Position numbers and translations under genes: made by a program. From assembly GCA_964035545.1 (NCBI GenBank), contig OZ037769.1, positions 7,483,929 through 7,547,928 on the forward strand: 64,000 bases of DNA. Reading direction: 5' to 3'. Below the pieces are notes generated by a model that saw nothing but the letters and a program-made list of their open reading frames with translations, was not told where the DNA came from and searched no databases. The stretch is from Bugula neritina. Its lineage: Eukaryota; Animalia; Bryozoa. Shown piece after piece: positions 50,082-63,682 of the stretch (within the stretch, counting starts at the first letter, position 1; each line of letters starts with the position of its first letter).

Positions 50082-50577
50082 TACCTGGTATATGTTTGCT
50101 AGACTTCTTGTATAACGGTAGCTAATTGTGTATATTCATAAATTCTTATATGATGACTCAATATGTGTACAGCAGTTGTTTTAGGGGTTGTCTCCTCGTC
50201 AACATGCAACACATTTGACCTACATCTTTGTTTTCATGTCTTGATTTGTTGTGACTTATTTGTGTAGTCGTCATTTGTAATGATTTGTAATAACACATGA
50301 AGTAAATTTCATTATAAATGAATTTCCTTACAATAATGGTTATCGTGTAAATCATAAATGCAAACTTGTACTTGCAAGTTTATGTCATAGTCACATGAAA
50401 TTGAATCAACACGGTCATGACAATCCTATTGACTTATACCAACTTGTAGTAATACTTAATAGTTATAGTAATACTTATTGTTGAAAATCAACATAAAAAA
50501 AACTATCATTGTCGTCTAATTCTATCACAATCACTAAGTCAGTATCACTATGAGTTTGAGTGAGTTATTCACTTACA

Positions 50578-50818
50578 TGTTAATGAGTTTTGCTTTATAC
50601 ATGCGCATGGTTGTAAATTGTTCATCACCAAAATGCTGAAAACACAAACGAGAGTTGTTATCAGGCAGAAAGTTTTTTCTTTTCGTATTGACAAACTTGG
50701 TCCATTTTTCACCACACACAGTATCAGCAGGCCATTTAAACATGTGTTTTTTCTTGTACGAACACATTGCAGCTTCACACACTCTTCTTTTGCATTTGCC
50801 TTTAGAACTTGAAGCCAT
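50578..50818 (-). mobile_element. THAP (C2CH zinc finger) exon, likely remnant of a DNA transposon gene
   Basis: MASSSKGKCKRRVCEAAMC...FKWP...KWTKFV...RLCFQHF followed by donor GTAAGT; no transposase core is seen downstream. Confidence 0.75.
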
Positions 50819-51363
50819 TCGTGTAGTCATGTCAACAGTAAGTGTAAGTGTACTAGTAATATAGGTAATAAGTTTGTTCATTAGAGTCCAATGGCAATAT
50901 GAATATGAAATCGAATTTATATAGATAGCGAGCGACTACTACTAGTAGTAGTACTACTAGGCACAGGTTATATTGGTAATATCCGGTTACGGTAATGATA
51001 ATCTATTTGGAAGCGTAATAAGTTACATAATTGAATATGCAATTATTTGTAATGTTTTATAGAAAAGTTTACCACTCGTTGGATTTAGCTAATTTCTTTT
51101 AACAATATCGTGTTATCGCCGTACTTAGCCACCCGTTCTAATTACATCGTGAGGGTGAGGCTATTTCATTTTTCCGATGCTCAAAATTTCCAACGGAAGT
51201 AACTTTAGCTCTTAATATCAATAATAAAATGGTATCATTTGTTTTTTTCATTGAGCATTAGTTGTACTCTGTGTTTTAAAATTTGTGTCAGTTTAGTGGT
51301 TTATCTGTGTGTTGCAGTGGCTAAAAATAACACGCTGTGAAAGTATGCAATTATTACTATTAG

Positions 51364-54300
51364 TTATATAGCCAACGGTTCAAGTTTGTCTTTTAGGTCT
51401 TGTCTCGTCGATAAGGCCACTTTTCTGTTGATTGACTGGGTGGGGAATACATTCGGGTCTACTTCAATGTGATATTCTCCCAGAAGACAACCAACACCCT
51501 CAAAGATCAACCCATATTCCTGGATGAGCTGATCTACATCTGGGTGTTCGGGTGGTGATATGAGGTTCACCCATTCGTTATTGATGGATAGCAGCCCAAG
51601 TTCTAAGCACGTGTCCAGAGAGAGTAAACTTATGTTGCCAGTCTTGACTACGTAGAATCGAAATGTTTTGCCTGTTAATCTCAGTTCGCAGAGCCCTGTA
51701 GTTCTGGTATGAGTGCCATCATAGAGTTGAAGGTTGGGTAGTTTCTTTTGACTCAGTGCCGGTGCTCCACAAGCCAGATAATCTTTTTGATTTAATATGT
51801 TGCACGAGGCTCCTGTGCCTAGCTGATATTCTATTTTGGCACGCTTATTCCTAGATCTAATATCGATGTTGGCAGTGAGTCGCTTTCCTTTCTTTACTAC
51901 TTGTATGTACATAAGAGATTCTGAATCACTGCTCTCGTCAGAAGCTATGTGTTCAGCGACTGCATTTATTCTGCCGTTTCTCTTGGATCTGCAGACCGCT
52001 CTGAAGCGGTTGAATTTCTTGCAGTTACCGCATTGTTTGCCATATGCTGGGCATTTGTTTGTTTGTTTTCTTTATTTCCATCAAAAAAAAACAAAAGGAC
52101 AAAAAAAATACAAATATACAACAGTAACACAAACAGAGCTAAATTCAATTTATATATAATATCAATCGAAGTCAAGATGGGGGCCCATGTGCTCAGTAGC
52201 ATAGCTATTCAAGGAGCGGGGCCCAAGTGGCAGTTGAAAAAATAGTGGGAACTATTTATTCAGATTAAGTTAAAGATTTTAGTAGGTGCTTTTTCAACAA
52301 TATTTTAAATGTGGCAAAGCTTTGGTGATGTCTTAAAGTCAGAGGTAGTTTATTCCAATTGCTAGACATCTGGTAGGACACTTGACGATGACCTGCTGCG
52401 GAGGTAGAGAGAGGTAAGGGTAAGGAAAGTTCAGAATGTCTGGTGAGGTAAGTTGGTGGTTGTTTGGTGTGAGATGGAGTATAATAAGCTGAATGACCAA
52501 GAAGACATAGGCGGTAGATATACAAGAGATCCATAGGAAGAATTTTTGCTTTGATAAATAGAGGTGACGTGTGTTCAGTAGGTGGTTTGTGGAAAATAAT
52601 GCGAATAATGCGTTTTTGAATTAAAAGCAACTTGTTCAGATGGGTTTTAGGGGCATTTCCCCAGGCTTCTAAGCAATATGTAAGTTTGCTGTTTATCAGA
52701 CTGTTATATAATAAAATCAAAGCTTTGTATGGTAAAAACTTTGAAGCTAAGTATATCATACCAGTTACTTTGTTGAGTAAACTGGAAGTATTGAGATAGG
52801 CCGATAATTACTACATAAAAGTTTGTCACCTTTATTTTTGTAAAATGGCAAAATCTTGGCTACTTTCAGTTCATTAGCAATGACACCTGATTTAATTATT
52901 AAGTTTATAATATGTGTGAGAGGCTGACAAAGGTAAGTTGCACTTTGTTTAACTAGCCTCGCTGGGATCAAGTCTAAGCCTTCTGATTTATTTTCATTCA
53001 AATTTTTTAGTTCAGTTAAAACTCTGTTTTTGTCTACCAGCTGAAAATAAAATGAAGGACAATCTTTGGCATTGACTGGGATCTCAGGAACACTTGGTAT
53101 TTTATCGGCTAAGTTCTTTCCAATGTTAGTGAAATAATTGTTTATATAGTTTGCTATTTCTGTATGGTGGGTAATGATTTCTGAGTCAGCTTTTAGCTTT
53201 ACTGGGAAGCTTGGAGAGGTTGATTTTCTTCCACTAGCATTGTTGCTTGTATTCCAAAGCTTTCTGGAGTCTGCTTGGTTAGAAATCAGCTTATCATAGT
53301 AGTTATACTTGGCTTGTTTAATTAGGGTTGATACTTTGTTTCTTTGCTTAATGTAGGCTTGCTTAAGTTTTGGGCTGTTTGGAAAAGCTTTGTGTTGTGA
53401 AAAAAGCCTGTCTTTTTTGTGAATTTCTTTTTTTAAACGATCCGTGATCCAGTTATTCACCTTTTTTCTATTGAAATGGAAAGTCTTTTCTTGAAAAGGT
53501 GCCAATTTGTTAAATATATGAGATGTTTCGTTCAAGAAATTTCTGTATGCTACTATTGGATCATTATGTTTTAATACTAGATTGCTCCAGTCACCGTTTT
53601 GAAACTCTTGTTTCAGCTGTATATCACAAAGTGATCTATAACTGCGTCTTTTGAAGGTTTGAGATTTAGGTTGCACAAGATTCTCAAAAAGGCAAATACC
53701 GGAAAGTGATCTGAGATATCTTTATCAAACGTACCACTAATGACGTTACTACTGTAGAAATTTATGGCTATGTGATCTATACAAGAGCTGGAGGTTTGGG
53801 TAGTGCGAGTTGGGTGCTCTATTAAATGAGTGTAGCTGTATTGATGTAATAGGTCAGTGTAGCTATCAGATTCTTGCTTAAGTATATCAATATTAATATC
53901 ACCAGTGATAATGTGATTGTGATCAGCATGAGAAATAGAGTGTAAAAAATTGTGCAGGTCATCAGTGAACCTACCAGTGTCAGACGAAGGTTGTCTATAT
54001 ATGGCAGTAATACGTAATGGGACTTCATCCAAGCCGGCCACTAACAAAGAGATTGCCTCTGAACCCTCAATTAATGGCTCTAGTTTTTCAATTACAGCCA
54101 GGCCACTGTGCACATATATCCCACATCCACCTGCTCTGGAGTCACGGCATGAGCCTATATAAGAGTAATTTGAAATCGGAAAGTAATTGCATTCGTTGGA
54201 GTAGAGAAAAGTTTCACTTATGGCAATAACATGAAAAGAACAATTTACAATTGAGAGTAATTCCAAAAGGTTATTAAAGTTTTTTCTAAGGCTGCGTATA

Positions 54301-55733
54301 TTGCAGTGAAACACTCGAAAATCATTACAAGAAATATTGTTTAAGTCATTTATAGTGAAATGTTTGCTGGTATTACAAAGTTCCATTTTGTTAGAATATG
54401 AAAAACAATTTCGATTATATAAATACTGGCGTCTTAAGCATCTTGGAGATCAGATAGGGACTTAATGTGGATGGCTTTGGAACCTTCCGTTTCTCTCAAG
54501 AAAACTTTTTGGTTTATTGTCCAAGCAAATTTAAAGTTATTCTCGTTCTTATATTCTCTGACTTTGTGGAACAGTTGTCTAGTTGGGTATAAGAGGTATT
54601 TGCGAGGAGGATGAGAGTTGCCACAGTTTCCACAGTTAAATTTAGTAAGATTATTCGCTTCCTTGTCAGTTGTGTGTAAGTACTGTTTAACACTTTTGTT
54701 TGCTTTAGTGGGCTTGTGACCAAGCGTATGAATTGATTCTCCTTCCGCTTTAATAGCCTTCATATCACTCTGAGAGCTTTCAGCCAATTTGCACTTTTTA
54801 ATAGCTTTTTCGAGGTCTATGTTTTCTGAGTCCTCGAACAATTTTTTCCGCAGTTGTTCGTCGTTGATGCCAAGAAGTAAGGCCTGCCTAAAAAAGTCAT
54901 CGTACATGTCACCAAAGTCACATTCTCTGGCGATCTTATGTAAGTTGGTGACATATTCATCTATTGATAGGCATTCCTGTTTTGTCGATAGCAGTTGATG
55001 TCTTTTGATTATTTTGTTGGAGGTCTTTTTACAAAAGTTGTTGAATTTTCCTAGGACATCCTTGTAAACATCTTTAGATTGTCCTTCCCCAAACTTGAAA
55101 CTTTTGAATATGTCTACACCTCTTGGTCCAATGGTTCGCAGTAGAATGGCTATTTTTATTTTATCCTCTGTCAGATTTTTCTGCAGCTATTAGGTAATAG
55201 TCGAGCTCTTCCTTGAAGCGGGACCATTGGGTGGACAACTCTGCACCATCTTGCAGGGGTTTGGGCATAAGAAAATCTTGTGCAGTTGCCATGTTTACAA
55301 TAACTATTTCTTATCTTGTATCAGGTATCAGGAACTAACTGTAGTATAGGTAGCGTTCAGTGTGATAACTTCCTCACTCGGGGCACCATGTTTATGTCAG
55401 TGAGTGTTCCAATGTTTTGTAATTGTTATTGTAATTGTTTGTGGATAAACAGATATTGTGATAGAAAGTTTGGGTTAGTTTCGTGTGATAGGTAATCTTT
55501 AATCTGTCTCAAACCATAAGCCAGAGAATGTACTACAAACACACAATGAAGTAATATTAGTATATGTAATGCTTAGACACAAAAAGATTATATAACCAGT
55601 ACACGTAATTACTATAACGTAATTACTATAACGTATGCTGCAGAGTTTACACATAATACAAATTATTATAATAACCTTGTAACAATAGAATGAAGATGGG
55701 AAGCCAAACATATCAGCGTGTTGGGTTATAACA
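51364..55733 (-). mobile_element. Decayed Gypsy element (5' LTR, PBS, gag, protease, start of RT), 3'-truncated and split by a LINE
   Basis: LTR ~55733-55389 (TGTTATAA...AAACA); PBS TGGTGCCCCGAGTGAGG (elongator tRNA-Met type); gag from ATG ~55292; knuckle CGNCGNSHPPRK|CPAYGKQCGNC split by the insertion; protease LGTGASCN; IFEGVG. Confidence 0.85.
52058..54597 (-). mobile_element. CR1/L2-group LINE, 5'-truncated, with an internal RT deletion
   Basis: ORF1 tail (KFAWTINQKVFLRE), APE (NIRSL, SETF, GDIN, SCIDH, SDHFPV), NYRPISIL joined directly to the C-terminal YCLEAWG; AATAAA plus (CAAA)n tail; TSD ATTTG at 52053-52057 and 54598-54602. Confidence 0.88.
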
Positions 55734-55799
55734 GTTATAGGATGAATCGCTACAGAGTATTAGTATTAAGTATTTAGCTGATAGCCTGAGGTCTAAGTC

Positions 55800-57395
55800 A
55801 ATTGTCAGACGCCATCATCAACAGACGTGTTTTCGAGCGCAATTGGCAATTTGAAATTATTTCACAAAAACACTTTTTTAAACATCTTTATTACCTAACC
55901 TAAAGATATATTTCTTTGCATACTAACAATAGCTCACTAACTATACATCTGTGAGCCTAAAGAAAAGGTGTTCTGGCGGATTTAGGCACTGCCTGGTCAG
56001 TTCAGTTGTTGCTGATTTCAGTTGTCAGTTGATTTGAGACCAATTTTTCTGAGTCACTCGACAGTGAACACTTTAGAGTAAATTATTTATTTATTTTTTA
56101 TTTTTCTCAGTGACTACTTTAGAGTAAATTATTTATTTTTTTCTTTTTATTTTTTCTGTGATTTTGGATTTGAGTTGATTTGAGTTCAGTTGTCACTGAG
56201 TTCAGTTGTCGCAGTTGTCAGTTGATTTGGGACCAATTTTTCTGAGTCACTAGAGTCTAGACAGTGACTTCGTTCTTCTTTTGTCTTGATTGCTTCTGCT
56301 TTGGTTGAAGATGCTTGCCCTTACAAATATTTTCTCTTTTTTTTCTGTTGGGCTCTTTTCTAGGAGCAAACTACTGTACATTTCATAAAGCAAATAATTT
56401 TCATATAGCAAATAAATTTGTCCTTTGCTGGTTGTTCTTGCCCCTGCATTTCTCTTATTTTTTTCTGGGCTTTTTCTCCTTTGTTTTTTTCTCGGAACAG
56501 GCAGTTTTGTTGCTTCGCTCTGAAATTCTTTCCCTCTTCTAGGGGTACCTGATCTGACACCTATTCTTGGTCTGTAAAAACCTGCAATGGCTGGTAAGGG
56601 GTCTGGTGGTCAGAGTTCTCGTACTAGTTCAACTTCGGGGAGCTCTAATGCACGCACATTATGCACAATGTCAACATATAATAAACCCAGTCTTGAGTGC
56701 TGTCTCTGTTCGAGATCGACACATACCAACTGTCTACCAGACTGGAAGGACCCAAATTGATCTATAGATATCACCAAACTGTTTTCTAGATCTGGCTTGA
56801 AATGGTATTGCCAGACATGTGAGCCCACGCTCAGTGATAACGTCAACGGTTATGAAATTAAAAAATCTCTTGCTCAAATAGAAACTAAAATGGATTCTGT
56901 CCAAAACCTTGTCTGTGAGAATATTAAACTGACCAAATCTGAGACAATCAAGCCCGATAACACAGAACCCTGGTTTACTGAAATCAAACAAACTGTCGAA
57001 AGATTGGAAACCAATGTCCAATCTCAACTGAAACGAAAAGAGAAGGAAGAGCGTGCCCATAGTGTTATCATACATGGCTTAAAAGAGAATAACAATACCA
57101 TGGAAGAGATTATGGAAATATGTGATATTCTAAGTTTCAATCATGAGTCTCTGTTAAAATTCTCTAGACTAGGTAGACGTAACATGAACCTCTCCAACTC
57201 TGACAAAATAATACCAGTTAAAGCCACCTTTAATTCTGAGATGAATAAAAATGATTTTATGTATAGATACAACACCTGGGAAATTAAAGGATCTACATTT
57301 TGTACACCAGACCTATCTCCTGAAGAGCGTGACCGTGACTATAAACTTAGAAAACTGAGGGACGAATTAAAAGCAACTCACTGAGACAAAATTTG
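55800..57395 (+). mobile_element. LINE 5' fragment: 5' UTR with tandem repeats plus a PHD-finger ORF1 (56587-57384, one internal stop)
   Basis: ECCLC..H..C...KWYCQTC PHD-like finger, coiled coil, VIIHGLKE, RLGR and PDLSPEER as in CR1-type ORF1p; no ORF2 follows. Confidence 0.75.
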
Positions 57396-57459
57396 AGGGA
57401 GTAAGTCACCAATACCTACAGATACTTATGTAACAGAAGAAGTACCCTACCACCAACAC

Positions 57460-57798
57460 ACAGTAACTCATACAGTAACTAACACAGTAACTAAAACAGT
57501 AACTAACACAGTAACTCATAACAGTAACTCATAACAGTGACAAACTAGAGAGTCAACTATACCCTGAACTCACCTTCAGTTGAATCTGGAGTAGAATTCA
57601 TTTCACCAGATAACATCTGGAAATCTCCAGTTTTTCTTACCAAACTACTATCACCTGCTGAATAAAAGAGAATACTGATGTTTATTACCATACAGCAGCT
57701 TCAATATATTAACACACATCACCTCTGTTATCACATGACCACAGACCAACTCTAATGTATCAACACACATCACCTCTGTTATCACATGACCACAGACC
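57460..57798. repeat. 12-bp ACAGTAACT repeats (57460-57540) and a 50-bp direct duplication (57712-57798)
   Basis: Directly visible. Confidence 0.75.
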
Positions 57799-58216
57799 TT
57801 GTTCAGCATGTTCTTCTGCAGGTTTCAGCTCTACCCCTACATCTGGTAAAGAAAGATTTGCTACTTGATGGGTCACCAAAAATTAGAACATTTATTTAAT
57901 GCACAATACCACATTAATTTCTCTGTCACCCGAAAACTATCAATTGAATAAAAATGGTAACCTGTTGGTATCTCGACTTTCACTACAATATCTTCTGCAT
58001 GATATTCTGCAGCATCTTCTGCATGTTTTTCTGCAGGATTTAGCCCAATCTCTATGTCTGTAAAGATAACAATTGATGGTCACCCAAAACACCAAGTTAA
58101 TGTAAAGCATGGATTAACTTCTGTAATTTACACAACAATACAAACCTGTCGGTGGTTCAACCTTCACAAAGTTTGGGCTGTATTTATTTCTGCTGTCTTG
58201 AAAATTTTTCTCCATC
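57570..58216 (-). pseudogene. Series of short phase-1 exons of an unknown repetitive gene
   Basis: AG/GT-bounded blocks with repeated CCTGCAGAA(G/A)AACATGC (PAEEHA/PAEKHA) and similar intron ends; some contain stops. Confidence 0.35.
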
Positions 58217-58445
58217 TACCAAACAGTTATAAAAGTAAATACTAGTGTAACTAGGTGATCTTAATACCTTTATTCATAACCATTACTTGAGAGAATATTA
58301 TAACACAATTGTGATTTGAACAGTAAAAACACTCCATTTCCTATCTTTGTGAGCTCCATTAATGGCATAAATTCTAGCACTCATTAGAGGTTCAACGAAC
58401 AGCAATAGCCTATGTTACAATTAAAGAGCTTAACATTAACATTAG

Positions 58446-61400
58446 CTACAGGGACATTCTGGCATTTCTGCACCTCAATTCTAGAATTTCCAGCTCTAGA
58501 GAAATTCTCCCTTCAGTAACGCTATTTCTGCCCTTAATACCTAAAATAAATCTAATTGCTTTTCTCTGGGCGCCTTCTAGCAATGAAACCTGTCTTGCTA
58601 GATGAGGGTCCCAGACCTCACGCATATTCCAGCAGTGTCCTACACAAAGTGACGTAGGCAACCCGCTTAACCCTCCGTGGGGCATCAAAGAGCACGTGTT
58701 TAATCATACCCAATCTTTGGCTAGCCCTAGCTGTTATTGTCTCTATGTGCAAATCCCAACTAAAGTTATTTGAAATAAAAACACCAAGGTATTTAAAACT
58801 CTTCACTAAGACTAGTGGTATTTTGTTTAAAAAATATTCAGGACTATAATTGTCGCAATCCTGCCTAGCAAACCGAACAATCTGACATTTCTCAGTATTA
58901 AAAGACATTTTCCACTGAGAAGCCCATTGTTCAAGTGAAGCCAAATCCTCTTGAACTTTAACTGAATTTTCTAGAGTAACAACTGGGCGATAAAGTAACG
59001 CATCATCTGCAAAAAGTTTAATCGAAGATGAATGGAGAATGTCTGATATGTCATTGATGTAGACCAAAAACATGGACGGCCCAAGCACAGAACTTTGTGG
59101 AACTCCTGAAAAAACAGCCAAATCATTGGAAGCAATTCCTTCTACAACCACTCTTTGTAATCTATTGGACAAAAATTCTTTGATCCATCGAACTATGCCT
59201 GGGTCAATCCCCGACCTCAACATCTTCCCAACCAACAGACCGTGAGACACCCTGTCGAAAGCCTTAGAAAAATCTAATATTGCTGCGTGAACCACATTAC
59301 TGTCATCTACTAGTCTCATAATTTCATTTACAGTAGTCACTAATTGAGTAGTGCTTGACAACCCTCTTCTAAACCCATGTTGATGAGGTTTTATATTTTT
59401 TTCAAGATCTTTTTGAATATTACTAAGCACAATGTGTTCTAGCATTTTACATGAAATGCATGTCAGTGAAACTGGTCTAAAGTTTCCTGGATCTTCCCGA
59501 TTACCTTTTTTATGAATAGGTACCACATTAGCTACTTTCCATATGTCAGGCAGTTGCCCAATATCTAGTGGGTATTGGAATATTTTACACAGAATCTTAC
59601 TGTAATCTCCAAATTCAGACTAAGGTCTTCTTTTCTCAACATATCTGGGCCAGGAGCTTTCCCAATTTTGAGCTCTTTCAACAATTTAAGAACCCCATCA
59701 CTTGTAACCTTTATGGGGCTACTTTCAGTGATCTCAAGAGCTATAGAATAAGAGTCACCTTTTGAAAAAACACTTTGAAAGTATTTATTAAAGATCTCAG
59801 ATGTTTCAAAAACTATGGATCCTTGAGAGTAGTTTCCAGACTTTCTTTTATAGAACGAGTAAAATGGTTTGCTGTCACCCCTTGCTAATGGTTCAAATAA
59901 CACTCTATTGTAATGTTCTTGTTCCATCTTGCGAAAGATTTTTTTGTTATAACGCCTAGCTAATTTATACTTATTCTGGTCTTCATCAGAGCCAGTTTTC
60001 TTACTTTTATCATAAAAATTTACGTTGTTGTCTGACCATACGCCTGGCTGTATTGTTAAACCATATGGGTTCCCTAATATTACGATTTTTAGGCTGACAT
60101 TTAAGAACAAACTTATTGACGGCTATCTTGAGCAGTTTCTATGATTTCCCATACAGTGTTCATGCTCTCTCTGTTACTAATTGAATTTTCTATTTCTGCC
60201 ATAGCTTTCTCTAAGAGTGCACTAATGGCATCAAAATTAGCCTTCTTGTATAAGTTGATACTATGTGTTTGGTTATGTGATTGTTTAAAATTTGCCACCA
60301 CACTGATTTCAATTAAAAAGTGGTCGCTGATTCCAGGGCGTATCACACTACAATCTGATACAAAGTTTTGCTTATTTGTCACAACTAGATCAAGAGTATT
60401 CCTTAGGTTGTGAGTAGGCTCAGTTATAATTTGACTCAAATCATGGATAAAAGACAATTTAAAAAACTCCTATGTAGAGCCTTTTGATTTGAGCATGCAC
60501 GCACCTGTAGATTTTTCCAGTCAATGGCGGAAAATTAAAATCTCCTACTACTAGTAATTTAGATCCTGGAAAATCTGTGCTTATCAAGCTGAATAGATCA
60601 TCAAATGGTTCAAGAGCTTGCCTTGTTAGTTTAGGTGGAATATACAAACACAACACAAAAAATTCATCCCCATTCCTAGAACATCCGACCCTGACACAAA
60701 CAACCTCAATTGGAAAAAAAGATTTTTCAAAAAATATTTGTTCTTGGGATAAATTGCGCGATAAAGCCAACAAAACTCCTCCTCCATGACAATCTCGGTC
60801 TACCCTGTAAATGTGTTTATGTGAAGAGTCTAATATCATACCATTTTTGTACGAGGGATCAAGATGAGTCTCCGTGATACAAAGAATGTCACATTCAGAG
60901 GATAGAACTTGTATTTCGTTTATTTTGCCTCTTACTGACCTAGCATTTAACAGTAATAATTTTGTTGGTACCATCAATTGGTCACTTTTACTATTTTCCC
61001 CTTTTGATTTTGTATTTGGAATTCGGATCTACATTTCTCCTTTCCTTCAACTCTTTCCTGAGCCGAAAATCCTCATCCTGTTCTTTCGTAGTGGGGTCTT
61101 TTCTAGCAAAAACACCTGGCATTTTCAACCCATTAATCCTACTTAGCAGGTCCCACATTTGACTTTCCGACTTGGTGCTTAATCTAAGTGGGCGAGGTCG
61201 CTCTGTATGCTTTGTAGCATCGTACCTACCTAGCCTATAAATATTACTTTTATCTAAACTTAAGTCAACATCGCAATCCTTTATAATATTGCCCACTTGC
61301 TGGACGCATTCCTCCCTATTGTCATACTCCTTTATTCCAAAAATAACTATATTTCTAGATCTTAATTCAGAGTTATTTTCCCTTCTTTCTCTACTCTCTA

Positions 61401-61540
61401 TTTTAGAAACTAGTCAGTCTGTTCCCGGAAGCTTTCCTGGAACTTTATAACATTTTGTTCCAAGGTCTTTGTAACAGCTGCATATGACTTGCCTAGTGTT
61501 TGGTTATTGTCAGAAACTTCATTAAACTCTGCAGATTGCT
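58446..61540 (-). mobile_element. Decayed CR1-like LINE (ORF1 C-terminus, APE, RT)
   Basis: ORF1 YRLGR..RPRPL; APE NARS, TETHL, GDFN, SDH; RT NFRPVSLT, QHGFR, DFSKAFD, GVPQSSVLGP, FADD, YLG; several frameshifts and stops. Confidence 0.9.
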
Positions 61541-62169
61541 GGGCGATGTGGTAGATATGGTACAACACATAAAGATTAAGGTATTTTATTCCTGTTTTAT
61601 TTATAAATAATTTACCATGCATTTAGTTGTATTTCAACTCTCATTATATTCTGTTGAGTGTATGCAACATGCTTCATGCCATCATTCAAGTTATGTTACA
61701 ACATTCCATGGAAAAGACCTGGAGTTGGTGCACGATCTTCCGAACAAACGGATCAATCCTATAGACAAAGCTGGCATTCATCCTCCCGCTGACATGGTAT
61801 GCAACACTCAAGATGTCTTCTAAAGTTATTGGTTTTTGTCTTTAATTTATAAAATTCTCATGTATGTATATGATATTTTCTTTGTGTACAATGATTTCAT
61901 TTTGCAAAGTTGTTGTTGGTGCAAGATTTTTGCCACATTATTGCTTTTTTATGTGGTAACAGTATGTGTACATAGCAATAGATAATGGTTATGCAGAAAA
62001 AAATAGGTGCGGGCTATGTTTCTCAACATTATCAGTGTGCATTTTATATTTCTTTATTATTCTTAGCACTGGAGCATTCAAAGTTATTTATTTTATTATA
62101 TTGGAAATAGATAATATAATATGTTGTCTTGCAATTATTTGTTAGTAATACATGTAATGTATGTTGTAG

Positions 62170-63682
62170 ATAGAATTATATGGTTACTATCTACCTCACG
62201 CGTCTTTGTCAGATATTATAGATATCTTCTTGTCACTAATGACCATAGACGGTGATAAATACTTCCTGTGTCAAATAGACCAATTCAAGCAAATTGCTGA
62301 GATTATTGAACATATTGAAATGCCTCTTAGGACCAGGTCAGTATTGTAGCATTCGTCTGGAGAACTACGCTAATTTAATGTTCACATTCGGGAATAATTG
62401 TCTAGATTTATCTTAACTAACTAGTGTTGTAGCAGAGTGTTTTCAAATTGGGGTTTGAAATTTGTAAAGCTTGCAGTTAGCTGTAGTATCATTCAGTGTA
62501 TTCATGGTGATATAATTGTAGGTACGTGTTCTGCTGTGCCCCCATCCCACTGCAGTCTGCGTTTGTTGCTACTATGTTACTCAAATACGCCCGACAATTC
62601 TCAGCTGGCCAGCCAATCACTGTTTTTATTCACACACGTGACTACCTGCTGAAAAATTTATTAGTTTACTGTTATTCAACAACTTTAGAGCTAGCTATCG
62701 AGTTTGTGATAATTGTTTTAATTTCGAATTTTCCATGTGGCAACTGTTACAGATGTATCCCCATTTAGACTACGTTAAAGATTTACGCCATGCCTCAAAC
62801 CTGACTTCCCCGGCTCAGCTTATTCCACTAGCTCGTGCGAAACAGAGAAAGATAGTTATTCACGCAGGGCCAACTAACAGCGGGAAAACATATCATGTCT
62901 TTCAAAGGTTTGTGTACTTCAATTCTCCATTATCTAATCGCATGTTTAACAAGATAGCTTTTCTGCAAGAGTATTGTACTCTCGTGGACAAAGAAAATAA
63001 AATTAAATATTAAATATTTTGTTAGAAGAATCTTATTATCCCTTTTTTCATTTCATTGCAAGGATCAATAATTTAGTTTAAACTTGATAATTTTATTACT
63101 TCTTTTTCAATATATTTTTGATTTTACTTTCCAACGAAACTGTTCGACTCCATAACTTGAGATGGCTTTAGAATATAATATTTTGTGGGTACAAAGCGTT
63201 TAGTAAAATCATTGGTCAATATTGTTTGTAGAATGCCCTACAAGTTAAAATCACAGTATTTTATTGCCACATATTTTGGTGATGTGCAGTTGTAAGACGC
63301 TTACTCTGTTTTACTACTTACTAGTGCCACGTGTTTGAGTTATTATGACAAATACAAAGTAGAAGCAAAACCGGTTGACTTCTAATACGTTTTTACTTTT
63401 TAGGTGCTAGCAGTAAATCTGGATGGAATATCCAAACTCAGCAAAGTAGCCAAGCAATGTTTAGGGTCTCGCGCAATAGCTGCGAAATGTGACCCAGGTA
63501 TTAGGCTGTGTTCTACTTTTAATGGTTTGGATACTTCTCTCTCCACCCCAGAATCTGTGATTAAATTGGACAGTGATTTGGCTATTGAAAAAGTGCCAAC
63601 TTCAGTTCGAAAACTGGTGTTGGGTGAACAAGTGAATGAAGTAGAGTCTATGGAAGTTGATGACCTGCCAGACCGAGACTAA
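62170..63682 (+). pseudogene. SUPV3L1: SUV3 pseudogene, 3' block
   Basis: Exon 62170-62336 (IELYGYYLPHASLSDIIDIF...IEHIEMPLRTR), partial exon 62522-62622 (YVFCCAPI), duplicated motif-I exon 62753-62907, and probable last exon 63404-63682 (VLAVNLDGISKL..., weak assignment). Confidence 0.8.

Noticed and set aside
1-50100. Functional cluster of RNA-metabolism genes (PTCD2, THADA, eIF4E, SUV3)
   Set aside because: Different pathways and compartments, POFUT2 is interspersed and SUV3 is a relic; one window gives no evidence beyond chance neighbourhood.
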